A stretch of DNA of 64,000 bases from Candidatus Angelobacter sp. (GTDB lineage Bacteria > Acidobacteriota > Terriglobia > Terriglobales > Acidobacteriaceae). Positions within the stretch are counted from its first letter, which is position 1, and every line of letters begins with the position of its first letter. The stretch covers positions 11,554 through 75,553 of the forward strand of contig DATEHN010000108.1 in the NCBI GenBank assembly GCA_035279585.1, given 5' to 3'. The notes beneath the pieces were generated by a model. That model made no database searches and was not told the origin of the DNA. It was given only the letters and a program-made list of their open reading frames with translations. Below are positions 44,651 to 54,034 of the stretch, one piece after another. Made by a program: the position numbers and the translations under genes.

Positions 44651-46243
44651 TTATTGCAGGAGGATTTCTTTCTCACCAAAAAGCCGTTCCGCAATGACGC
44701 CGCGATCCCGGCAGTACTCGATTAAACGATTCGACTCGACAATCGGTCTGGACTCATCGGTGTACTTGATGCTCATGATGTAGTTCAGCCACGGTTCCTG
44801 GCCCATGGCATAGACGTAAGCTTCCCGGCAGTTGTATTGGTCCACAATGCTTTTCGCCTGCTCAAAATTCGATCCAGAGAGGCGGCGCGATTCATCCAGC
44901 GAGCGCTCGAGCCGTTGAGTCAACAGGGGACCATATAACCAGCTTAGCGGCGCTCCGTCACATTCCATTCCAAGAAAAACGGCATCTATGTCTCCGGTTT
45001 CACGGTGCAAATGCGAGTAGAGCCGCGGCTCGACGTTGCACGAATCAGCTGCGAACAAAAGCGAGCGCCTTCCCGCCTTGACCAGATATGCAAGCTTACT
45101 CGCTATATCAAGGTCGGAGTGTTCTCCCAGAAAGGGAAGTCCCACGATGTCCCCATTGGGGGTGGCGATTTGCTGCATCTGGTCAAGCGATATGACCTGT
45201 TTAAAGCCCGCGTTTCTCAACATGAGTTCCAGCGATGGGTCCTGCAAAGAACCGATTGAATTTCTTGGCACCACAACACATTTCACCTTGTGCCGGATCT
45301 GCAGAAGCGTTTCAAAAAGGACATGGTCCTGGTGATTGTGCGTGATCAGGACGTAGTCAATTGAGTCTGGCAGGTCGCAGTAGGTATAGCGAGAAATATC
45401 GCTCTCATACGTGTAACTCAGCACCGGATCGAACATCATACTGACGCCGCCTGTTTCAATCAGAATGCAGGCGTGCCCGAAATAGCGCCAGCGCACCCCC
45501 TGGCCGGTATAAGGCTCATACCTCGGCGGTGGTTCCTCGGTCAGGAATGACCGCAACAGCTTTTCGTCTTCACCCCCCTTGATGCCAAGCATCTCTTTGA
45601 TCTGGCCAAACGGCTTAGGCGATATTTTTGCCTGAAAGAGCGCGTCGACAGACTCATGGTCAAAGGGAAGACGGACATGCAGCAGGCCATCACCTTCCAG
45701 ACGTGGTGTGCTGAGAACGAACGGACGATCGTCGCCACCAGTGAGCGACAGCATCAGACTCTGGGCTGAGCGGTCGTAATACCTGGAACGGTATAACAAT
45801 GGCTCAAGCAATTTGAAGGATGGCTGGTTGTTCAGGTCATAAACGAGTTCTACATAACCTTTCAGTATGTCAGGAACGTCCTTATATAGTGGTTGAAGAG
45901 ATTGACCTTTCGCTTTGCTCCGCAGACATGTGTCGAGGTTCTGTATGGCTTGCGAGAGCTCAACCAGATGCGAGCGCTCACACCGGATGCGGTCCCGCAG
46001 GGCCCGAATCTCGGCCACTCTCTCCCCTCCATAATCAATGAAAGGCCCACCCGACATTTTTGGATTCTTGACAGCTTTTGCATGCACTTGTGGGGCGCTG
46101 ATGTAGGACTCCATTATTTTCATATGCCGCTCAGTTAGATTGCGCGAGGCAGTGGCCGGCGGAATCAGATGCGCCCACGCATACCATTGATCAATGAGCG
46201 GCTCTACTTGAATGTTCTTTTTTAAATAAAGGAGTTGCTCCAT
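44651..46243 (-). CDS. MBL-fold protein with ~250-aa N-terminal domain; candidate CmlA-like diiron amino-acid beta-hydroxylase
   Basis: 530 aa, RBS GGAGA. The MBL core FGHACILIE...VLITHNHQDH lies in the C-terminal half. Size and two-domain layout resemble the NRPS-associated CmlA family. Confidence 0.5.
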   Translation of the reverse strand: MEQLLYLKKNIQVEPLIDQWYAWAHLIPPATASRNLTERHMKIMESYISAPQVHAKAVKNPKMSGGPFIDYGGERVAEIRALRDRIRCERSHLVELSQAIQNLDTCLRSKAKGQSLQPLYKDVPDILKGYVELVYDLNNQPSFKLLEPLLYRSRYYDRSAQSLMLSLTGGDDRPFVLSTPRLEGDGLLHVRLPFDHESVDALFQAKISPKPFGQIKEMLGIKGGEDEKLLRSFLTEEPPPRYEPYTGQGVRWRYFGHACILIETGGVSMMFDPVLSYTYESDISRYTYCDLPDSIDYVLITHNHQDHVLFETLLQIRHKVKCVVVPRNSIGSLQDPSLELMLRNAGFKQVISLDQMQQIATPNGDIVGLPFLGEHSDLDIASKLAYLVKAGRRSLLFAADSCNVEPRLYSHLHRETGDIDAVFLGMECDGAPLSWLYGPLLTQRLERSLDESRRLSGSNFEQAKSIVDQYNCREAYVYAMGQEPWLNYIMSIKYTDESRPIVESNRLIEYCRDRGVIAERLFGEKEILLQ

Positions 46244-46335
46244 GCCATATCTCCTTCCCAGGAGGATTCAAGAGGCCCAGGCGGACGTTAGCTAGTGCGC
46301 GCAGCATTCCTGAAATTCGCCCGCACTGCCTCCTG

Positions 46336-47595
46336 TCATGCCAGTGCCAGCGTACCAATATTCATTTTTACTTCGATCTTGCCAATTGCATTCCCGGCCG
46401 CCTGAACGGCTTCGCGTTCACTCCTGGCGCAGGAAATGATATGGCCAATTCTGTCGCGAAAGTCGTGATGAGCAGTAAGGGAATCTCCGGGGCTTTTGTA
46501 TGCCTGCACATCAACGATTGCCGGCAAACGTGTGGCTTGGCTCAAGCCCCTAAAACCTTCAAGAATCCCGCCCGATGGCGGACAGATGAAGCGAATACTG
46601 GCATGCAGATAATGGGCCGCTGAAGCTGCGGTCTGTTGGCCGGTAACCAGCCGAATGGTCTGCTCCACGAGGTCAGTGCCGGTCGAGAGACGTACTAGTT
46701 CAGGTATGAACCCGCCTGCGAGGCGTGGATTGATTTCCATAATGCAGAACCTGTGATTGTCGGTGCGAAACTCAACGTGCACGGGTCCCCAGACCATTCC
46801 AGTCACCCGCAAGGCACGCTGAATGGATGCAATCAGGAACTCTGTGCAATGTGAGGAAAAGACCGCAGGAAAATCGTGCCCTGTTTCCACGAAGTAAGGC
46901 TCACTGGAAACGTACTTGCGGGTAATACCGATGACTTGGCCCTGAAAAACTTCCGCTGAGAATTCCGGCCAGCGAACGTATTCCTGCACGATCGCTTCCT
47001 GACGAACAGTCATGCCTCTTTCATTGGTCTTGACCGCCAACAATTTCTGCGCATGGCTTTCCACCTCAAACGGAGTACGGCATAATTTGACACCCACACT
47101 GCCGGTACCGAATACCGGCTTCAGCACCACCGGCAGAGGCAAATCCTGCAAGCTGCCCAGCGCTTCTTCCACTGAGCCAATGCGCCGTGAAGCAGGCGTC
47201 TCTACGCCTCCGTCCCGCAGGCATTTGTACTGGCGCCACTTGTTCCGACAGGTGCCAACCCTCTCGGGTTCCGCCCCCGGAAGTCCGTGGCGACGAGCCA
47301 ATTCAGACGCAGTCTCAATGAAATACTCCGAACTGCTATAGATACCTGCTATCACCTGCCCTTCCCTCGTCCGGCTGATCGCATCATCCAGGGACTCCAC
47401 ATCACTGGTGCAGGGATGCAGCAGAGTTTCAACTTTGTCCTTGTGCACATAGGAATAGCGCTCAGGATTTTGTGTAATCAAGAGCGGATCAAATCCCAGC
47501 CGCCGCGCGGTAGAGATAAAAATCCTTCCCGTCCCACTCGTATTGCTTTCAATCAGGACGATTCTTGGATGTGCGCTTTTCATGGATTTCATCAC
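46336..47595 (-). CDS. ATP-grasp domain ligase
   Basis: 419 aa with ATP-grasp motifs PVVLKPVFGTGSVGVKLC, IVQEYV and MEINPRLAGG. Confidence 0.8.
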   Translation of the reverse strand: MMKSMKSAHPRIVLIESNTSGTGRIFISTARRLGFDPLLITQNPERYSYVHKDKVETLLHPCTSDVESLDDAISRTREGQVIAGIYSSSEYFIETASELARRHGLPGAEPERVGTCRNKWRQYKCLRDGGVETPASRRIGSVEEALGSLQDLPLPVVLKPVFGTGSVGVKLCRTPFEVESHAQKLLAVKTNERGMTVRQEAIVQEYVRWPEFSAEVFQGQVIGITRKYVSSEPYFVETGHDFPAVFSSHCTEFLIASIQRALRVTGMVWGPVHVEFRTDNHRFCIMEINPRLAGGFIPELVRLSTGTDLVEQTIRLVTGQQTAASAAHYLHASIRFICPPSGGILEGFRGLSQATRLPAIVDVQAYKSPGDSLTAHHDFRDRIGHIISCARSEREAVQAAGNAIGKIEVKMNIGTLALA

Positions 47596-47644
47596 TCCAG
47601 AAAATTTTCTCAGGCGATCATAGATGCGGGGCCACCCGCACAGA

Positions 47645-48931
47645 TCACGTCACTGCCGACCGGGCTAAAGCAGTTTCCAATTGCTCTTGTTCTCTTTTCT
47701 GCATGAGATACCGAAGTGCAGGGGCGGTCATGAAATTCGTCACCAAGGCCATCACTGTAAGAACAAAGAAAGAAGATTGCGGAACAATGCCGAGATCATA
47801 GCCTGCGTTCAGGACAATCAATTCCATCAGGCCTCGTGTATTCATCATCGCGCCGATCGCCCCCGCTTCCTGCCATGAAAACCCGCTCAGTTTTGCGACT
47901 GTTGCACAGGCCCCGATCTTGCCAGCTGAAGCTGTGGCCACCACTACGCAACAAACAAGCCATACCGAGGCGCCCCCGGCGGCGATATCAGTGCGCAGTC
48001 CTGTACATGTAAAAAAAATCGGCAGAAAAAATATTGAGACGAAGTCACGCATGCGGCTGTTGATTGCCGCGCGAAGATCCGCCTGATCATAGAGGATCGC
48101 TCCCATGACAAATGCGCCAAAGAGGGAAAATATGCCGATCAGGTTGGTAATTGCGGCAGAAGCAAGAAGAAATATGATCAACTGCGTTAAAGCATTCCAC
48201 GACAATTCTCTCCCCTGATTGCGCATGACTCGCTGAGTCCACCGGATTACGAGTGGCCTGACTACCAACAGCATCACAAGCAGATAGGCCAGGGTCCCGA
48301 GGGCAGCCATGCCAATCCGCAGCAGGTTAAGCTGCGCAGTTACTACTGCGGAAACCAGAGCTAACAGAAGCCATCCAACGACATCACTTATGGCCGCAGC
48401 CGACATCGTAAGGGCTCCCAGCCGCGTCCTGGTGATGTTGAATTCAATCATGATGCGGCCGAGCACAGGCATGGCAGTTATGGTCAAGGCGGTGGCCAGG
48501 AAAAGAACAAATCCTTTCAAACTGACCCGCAATTCCATTTCCTTCCAAACCCAAGGCCCGACAAAAAGCCCCAGCGCAAAAGGAACGACGATGCCGGCAG
48601 CGGCAATGAAAAATGTAAGACGTTGGGAACTGCGAAGGTGCGTGAAATCGAACTCTAATCCGATCAAGAACATGACGAAGATTAGGCCCACATGACTCAG
48701 AACATTGAGGTACGCCACAGTCGCTGAATTGAAAACCAGGCTTTCAAGATGCGGGGCGAGTGCTCCGAGACATGATGGTCCAAGCAGCATGCCAGCTGCG
48801 ATTTCGCCGCACACCTGCGGCTGTCCCATGCGCCGAAACAAACTGCCAACCAACCGTGCAGCGAGCAAGATCAAAATAAGCTGGATAATGATCCTCAACG
48901 ATAGTAATTCCATGGGATTGATAATCGTCAT
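47645..48931 (-). CDS. Cation:proton antiporter (CPA2 / Kef-NapA type)
   Basis: From ATG 48931 the product reads MTIINPMELLSLRIIIQLILILLAARLVGSLFRRMGQPQVCGEIAAGMLLGPS, a typical CPA2 N-terminus, with ~12 TM helices. Confidence 0.8.
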   Translation of the reverse strand: MTIINPMELLSLRIIIQLILILLAARLVGSLFRRMGQPQVCGEIAAGMLLGPSCLGALAPHLESLVFNSATVAYLNVLSHVGLIFVMFLIGLEFDFTHLRSSQRLTFFIAAAGIVVPFALGLFVGPWVWKEMELRVSLKGFVLFLATALTITAMPVLGRIMIEFNITRTRLGALTMSAAAISDVVGWLLLALVSAVVTAQLNLLRIGMAALGTLAYLLVMLLVVRPLVIRWTQRVMRNQGRELSWNALTQLIIFLLASAAITNLIGIFSLFGAFVMGAILYDQADLRAAINSRMRDFVSIFFLPIFFTCTGLRTDIAAGGASVWLVCCVVVATASAGKIGACATVAKLSGFSWQEAGAIGAMMNTRGLMELIVLNAGYDLGIVPQSSFFVLTVMALVTNFMTAPALRYLMQKREQEQLETALARSAVT

Positions 48932-48980
48932 AGTAGGTTCTTTAAGAGAAAGTAAGACTTTTCCGGGGGCAGTTCCTTCG

Positions 48981-50102
48981 TCAGGCAAACTGTTCCACGA
49001 AGTCAGGCTTGATGCCATCCCCAGGGCCCAACTGCATAATATTCACGACGATGCGGATGGCAGCTTCAACCTCATTACTTGTGATCCCATGATGGGTAAC
49101 GGCCCTAATGCGGCCATATTCAAATTCACTCACATGTAGCCCGTAGCGCCACGCAGCGGCAATAAAGCTATCACAATCAAATCTCTTGTCTGTCACTTGA
49201 AACACAACCGTATTTGTCTGGACCGTGTTCAAATCGACCTGAATTCCCGGTATCCGAGCCAGGCCTTCTGCAAGGGCCTTCGCATGGACGTGGTCTTCTT
49301 CCAGGCGGCCTGCCATTTGTTCCAAGGCCACAATGCCGGCCGCCGCGACGATACCAGCCTGGCGCATATCACCGCCTAGAATTTTTCTTTGCCGGCGCAC
49401 CTCTTGAATAAATGCGGAACGGCCGGCCACCATCGAACCTACTGGTGCAGCGAGGCCTTTTGACAGACAGAACTGCAGAGAGTCCGAACATTGGGCGATC
49501 TCGGCCGGCGAGAGCTGCAGTCTGGCGGCAGCATTGAAGATTCGCGCACCATCCATATGCACAGCCACGTCTTGCACACGAAGTGCTTCAGCAACCTCTT
49601 TCAGGTATTCCATGCCGAGAACAATGCCGCCCTTGAGATTATGTGGGTTTTCCAGACACAATACTGCTTTCAAAGCGCCTTGCGCATCGAACTCCCGCAG
49701 TTTCCTGCGAATGTCTTCCAACAAAAGAGTCCCACCCGGCTGTGTAAGCAATGCGTGATATCGAATGCCGGCCCACTCAGGAATGGTGTGGTCTTCGTAA
49801 ACGAAGATGTCGGATTGGTCACCCACCAGGACGTCTTTTCTTCCCAGATTGCGCCATGCCAACAGGCAGCATTGATTCGCCATCGTCCCGCTCACAACCA
49901 GGCAAGCCGCCTCTTTCCGCAGCATGCCTGCGGCGAGTTCTTCGAGATGGTTGACGGTCGGGTCCTCACCATATTGGTCATTGCCCAACTCGGCGTTGGC
50001 AATTGCTTGGCGCATTGCCGAAGTGGGCAGCGTGAAGGTATCGCTGCGTAGCTCGATCTCTCCTCTCGCCCCTCCGGGATTCCCTTTCGTTAAAAAATTC
50101 AT
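48981..50102 (-). CDS. Low-specificity L-threonine aldolase family PLP enzyme
   Basis: IELRSDTFTLPT..., GEDPTVNHLEE, SGTMANQ and the PLP-lysine motif FCLSKGLAAPVGS. Confidence 0.85.
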   Translation of the reverse strand: MNFLTKGNPGGARGEIELRSDTFTLPTSAMRQAIANAELGNDQYGEDPTVNHLEELAAGMLRKEAACLVVSGTMANQCCLLAWRNLGRKDVLVGDQSDIFVYEDHTIPEWAGIRYHALLTQPGGTLLLEDIRRKLREFDAQGALKAVLCLENPHNLKGGIVLGMEYLKEVAEALRVQDVAVHMDGARIFNAAARLQLSPAEIAQCSDSLQFCLSKGLAAPVGSMVAGRSAFIQEVRRQRKILGGDMRQAGIVAAAGIVALEQMAGRLEEDHVHAKALAEGLARIPGIQVDLNTVQTNTVVFQVTDKRFDCDSFIAAAWRYGLHVSEFEYGRIRAVTHHGITSNEVEAAIRIVVNIMQLGPGDGIKPDFVEQFA

Positions 50103-50160
50103 GCTTGCCTCGTTGCCGGATCTTATCTCGCACTGCCTTTTTTCATAACATGCTTACTTT

Positions 50161-50727
50161 TCAAAGAGCTGTTTCTGAAGGAATCCTTCCAGTTCCCCCC
50201 TGTGCCTGAACAATCGCGATCTGCTCCTGCGCTTTGGCGCTCGTATAAGCCTCGGTCCCATATGACCTCCGCAGATAGAGGAGCGGCAATCTTTCAGAAG
50301 TTGACGTGTACAACACACGGCCAACGATGACAACATGATCTCCTGCCGGAACTTTCGTCACGATCTGACATTCAAATACTGCGGTGGCATCATTCAGGAC
50401 CGGAACGCCTGCCCGCCCGGAATACCATTCCACGCCGGCAAAGCGGTCAGCCCAGTTTCGGGCAAAACGCCGCGAAAGTTCCTGCTGCTCCTGGTTCAGA
50501 ATATTGACGCCAAAACATTGATCCACGCACAGATCGTCCTGAATCTGCGATCTGTGATCAATGCAGACAAGCACCAGGGGCGGGTCCAAAGAAACACTGG
50601 TAAAGGAACTCACGGTGACCCCATGGGGCATACCGTCCTTTGAAATTACCGTGGTGACAGTTACTCCCGTAGGAAAGTTGCCGCAGGCATAGCAAAAATC
50701 TTCTTTATTCATGGAATAATCGCTCAT
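50161..50727 (-). CDS. Flavin reductase (HpaC-like flavin reductase domain)
   Basis: FPTGVTVTTV...PHGVTVSSFTSVSLDPPLVLVCIDHRS. The likely start is ATG 50727 (AGAGGA upstream); the ORF-track start is TTG 50772. Confidence 0.8.
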   Translation of the reverse strand: MSDYSMNKEDFCYACGNFPTGVTVTTVISKDGMPHGVTVSSFTSVSLDPPLVLVCIDHRSQIQDDLCVDQCFGVNILNQEQQELSRRFARNWADRFAGVEWYSGRAGVPVLNDATAVFECQIVTKVPAGDHVVIVGRVLYTSTSERLPLLYLRRSYGTEAYTSAKAQEQIAIVQAQGGTGRIPSETAL

Positions 50728-50768
50728 CTGATTCTTGTCCTCTTTTTGCATGGTTCCGGGAGAAGATT

Positions 50769-51851
50769 TCAAACATCTTTCTTGCCTGTGGCAACCAGCG
50801 CGACTCGCGGAAACTCCACGACATACTTACCGCGGATGTACGCTACTGTAGGCTGCGAGACGGCATCGACTCCCCGAGGAAGATCCGTCGGGAGGAAGGT
50901 CCCATAGGGACGCAGGACCTCGTGGACTTTCTGCCAGAACTTTTCGTCACGCTGCTCCGGCGGTACCAGGAGTTTTTCCAGGCCAAACAAGGAACAGACG
51001 TGCTCGGCAAGACCGCGGCATGCCTCCGTTGGGTCATCGCCGGTTACAACAAATGGATCGTAGACATATTGGACCTTCACTTCCTCGAATCCAGCTTCCT
51101 GCACCAGTGCTTTCATTCCTTCCGGCGTGAAGTGCTCGCACTTGTGTCCGGTAAGCGTATACCGATCCAGGAGATCGCTATACCAGCGGGCTGTCGGAGT
51201 GCCTTCTTCAAAATCCTGGACGACGATACGGCCGCCTGGTTTGAGAATGCGCCAGGCCTCCATGAATGCACCCACCCTGTCACCCGGCGCAATATGGTGC
51301 GTACCGTAGGCAAAAATTGTTTTGTCGACAGACCGATTTTTCAGTAACAAAAAGTGTGCGGGCTCCCGGATCGCTGGCAGGCATTGCAAGAGGGCATCGT
51401 GCACCATGCTGGATGCGGCATCACTGGTAATGATAGTCGGCGTCGTGTGCGGGCTGTTCAGCTTCGTCATGGCTCTAGTCAGTGTTCCATTGCCGCCCAG
51501 CACGTCAACAACGACATCGGATGGGGAAAACGATTCTTCCGGCTCTTTTAGTAAGTCGAATAACTTTTGGATGCCGCGAGCGCGGAGCAAAGGGTTACGG
51601 TTCTGGCCCTGGCGATAGGCCTCACCTCGTCCCCCAACTTCTTTGGACTCGAAATGAGCTGACATCGCGCCCAGTTCGACAAGCAACCTGCTGAACTCGC
51701 TGCTGGATATGCGGAGAAAATCCAGACGATCATAGAGCACAGGATGTTGCGTGCGGCAGATTTCCGCAAAATCGCCAAAGGTCATACCCGGCAAATAGGG
51801 CATCGTTTCGAGTTCAGTGAGGACTTCATGTTCTGCAAATAAAGTTGGCAT
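50769..51851 (-). CDS. Class I SAM-dependent methyltransferase with N-terminal extension
   Basis: Motif I VVDVLGGNGTLT and post-I/II GGRIVVQDF. The likely start is ATG 51851 (GGAAAGGA upstream); the ORF-track start is TTG 51920. Confidence 0.75.
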   Translation of the reverse strand: MPTLFAEHEVLTELETMPYLPGMTFGDFAEICRTQHPVLYDRLDFLRISSSEFSRLLVELGAMSAHFESKEVGGRGEAYRQGQNRNPLLRARGIQKLFDLLKEPEESFSPSDVVVDVLGGNGTLTRAMTKLNSPHTTPTIITSDAASSMVHDALLQCLPAIREPAHFLLLKNRSVDKTIFAYGTHHIAPGDRVGAFMEAWRILKPGGRIVVQDFEEGTPTARWYSDLLDRYTLTGHKCEHFTPEGMKALVQEAGFEEVKVQYVYDPFVVTGDDPTEACRGLAEHVCSLFGLEKLLVPPEQRDEKFWQKVHEVLRPYGTFLPTDLPRGVDAVSQPTVAYIRGKYVVEFPRVALVATGKKDV

Positions 51852-51951
51852 GGTAGGCAGGTCCTTTCCAGTTAGAAAATGGCCCGGTCCGCTGTTCAAG
51901 CGTTCGCTATCACCGATCAAGTTCTTCGATCAAATTCCGGAGTAGTACCCC

Positions 51952-52845
51952 TTAAAGGCCGGCAGACTGCTGTGTCGAGGCATCTTGGCCCGGGCGGACA
52001 ATTTCCGCCGCGGTTGTTTGGTTACGTGTGGAATTGCCCAACTGACGCATGGCGCCCACAAGTTGCTGTGCAATGCAGGCTAAAAGTTGCGCGCGCGACT
52101 GGGTCATGAAGAAATGATCTCCAGGCAGAATCTTCATGGAAAAAGAGTCAATTGTGTGGTTCTTCCACGGGCTTATTGCTTTAGGCGTCGTTTCGGAATC
52201 GTTGAGGCCGCCGAATGCTGTGATGGGACAACTCAGCGGCTTGTCCGCGTGGTAGACATAGGTCTGACACACCTGAAAATCGGCCCTCACAATCGGTAAC
52301 AGGAATTCCATCGCTTCAGGATTGTCGAGGATTTCTTGCGGCGTCCCATTTAACCGGCGCAGCATGGCCACGAATTGATCTTGCGGTAAATCGTATTCCC
52401 TCTTCAGTTCGATAACATCAGGAGACCGCCACGCGGAAATAAACAAATGCACAGGTCCAAGGCCATATTTCGCTCGCAAAAGCCGCGACAACTCGAATGC
52501 GATCAAGGCGCCCATGCTGTGTCCAAAGAACGCAAAGGGACGGTCCAAGTACGGCAATAACGCAGTCCCCAAGGACTCAACCATGGGTGTGACGTGCGTC
52601 ATCAAGGGCTCGCGTAATCGGTTGCCGCGGCCAGGCAGTTGCACCGGACAGATCTCTACACCTTCAGGCATTTCATGGGACCAGTCACGATAAATGGAAC
52701 TGTTGCCGCCGGCGTAAGGGAAACAGAACAACCGGAGAACCGAGTTGCAGGCCAATCTATGACTCGAAAATGCAGGTATCGAATTTGCTGTCACGTGGTC
52801 GTCCTTATTGAGGAAAGCTGTCAGGAGATGAATGGATTTGGGCAT
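51952..52845 (-). CDS. Type II (editing) thioesterase
   Basis: LFCFPYAGGNSSIYRDW, nucleophile elbow GHSMGALIAFE and C-terminal GDHFF, the classic NRPS/PKS TEII pattern. Confidence 0.85.
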   Translation of the reverse strand: MPKSIHLLTAFLNKDDHVTANSIPAFSSHRLACNSVLRLFCFPYAGGNSSIYRDWSHEMPEGVEICPVQLPGRGNRLREPLMTHVTPMVESLGTALLPYLDRPFAFFGHSMGALIAFELSRLLRAKYGLGPVHLFISAWRSPDVIELKREYDLPQDQFVAMLRRLNGTPQEILDNPEAMEFLLPIVRADFQVCQTYVYHADKPLSCPITAFGGLNDSETTPKAISPWKNHTIDSFSMKILPGDHFFMTQSRAQLLACIAQQLVGAMRQLGNSTRNQTTAAEIVRPGQDASTQQSAGL

Positions 52846-52900
52846 TGCAGGCCGCGTTCCAGTCGCTTTTGAGCAGGTGCCTGTGGGCTGGATCTCATCT

Positions 52901-53899
52901 TCAGTTTGCTAGCAGCGCTAATTCTGGCGTATTGTCCTTTTCTGCAAATGGATTGTGTTCGACCCAGTGCCTGTAGGCTTGGTTTCGGCCCGTGGTGATT
53001 TTTTGAAATGCCTGCTGAATCCGCTTGGTCACGAAGCGTTCAGCGTTTGGCGTTCCAATAAGCACACCATCAACTTCGCGAATGGGCACGATCTCCACCG
53101 CGGTACCGGTGAAGAATGCTTCCTGCGCACTGAAGAGGTCATTCGGGACGAGCGGTCGAATTTCAACGTCGATGTTGAGGTCCGTTGCAATCGTAATAAT
53201 GGATTGCCTCGTAATGCCCATGAGAATGGAAGAGCGCTGGTCATTGGTGAGCAACCGGTTGTCCTTGACCAAAAAGATATTTTCTCCAGGCCCTTCAGCG
53301 ATATTGCCGTGAATGTCCAGCAACAGCGCTTCGTCGTAGCCGCGTTCGACCGCATACTGCGCGGCCAGCAATGAGTTGAGATACTGCCCACAACCCTTCG
53401 CGGTTGTGGGTAGCATGGAAGAATGGATCTTTTTCCATGGAGCGATCGCAACGCGGATTCCTTCCTTTGTTTTCTCTTCACCAAAAATACTTCCCCATTC
53501 CCAGGCGACTACGGCAACCTGCATGGGCCACTTCCGGGAAGTGAGTCCTAGGTCGTGAGCTCCATACCAGCACAGAGGACGTATATAACTGTTACCGAAG
53601 AGAGAATTCGCCTCCATGACCTGAAACACAGCCTCCGCCAGACGTTGCTTGGAATAGGGGAGTTGCATACCATAAGAGGCGGCTGATTCAAAAAGCCGGT
53701 CCAAGTGGGCCTGAAGACGGAAGACGCCTGGTCCTTTAGCAGTTTTGTAAGCGCGAATACCCTCAAAGACGCCGCTGCCATAGTGAAGACCATGCGAAAA
53801 AACATTGGTTGTGCCCGCATTCCAGGGAACAATTCCGCCATTTAGCCATAGCCGGTGTGCCTGGCTGAATAACGGTGGTTTGCTCGGAATATTTTCCAT
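52901..53899 (-). CDS. Class IV (branched-chain amino acid) aminotransferase
   Basis: ATG 53899 is preceded by AAGGAGAA. Motifs include HYGSGVFEGIRAY and other fold-type IV patterns (ERGYDEALLLD, FTGTAVEIVPI). Confidence 0.85.
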   Translation of the reverse strand: MENIPSKPPLFSQAHRLWLNGGIVPWNAGTTNVFSHGLHYGSGVFEGIRAYKTAKGPGVFRLQAHLDRLFESAASYGMQLPYSKQRLAEAVFQVMEANSLFGNSYIRPLCWYGAHDLGLTSRKWPMQVAVVAWEWGSIFGEEKTKEGIRVAIAPWKKIHSSMLPTTAKGCGQYLNSLLAAQYAVERGYDEALLLDIHGNIAEGPGENIFLVKDNRLLTNDQRSSILMGITRQSIITIATDLNIDVEIRPLVPNDLFSAQEAFFTGTAVEIVPIREVDGVLIGTPNAERFVTKRIQQAFQKITTGRNQAYRHWVEHNPFAEKDNTPELALLAN

Positions 53900-54034
53900 C
53901 TCCGTATTCTCCTTTGCGTTGAACGCATGATCGGCAGAGAGAAGCTCATGGAACAGCGTCATTTGCCGGGTCCTGACACGAGCAGACCACGCGAACGCGC
54001 CAGCGCTGAAATCAAAGAGCCGATGTCTAAAGGA

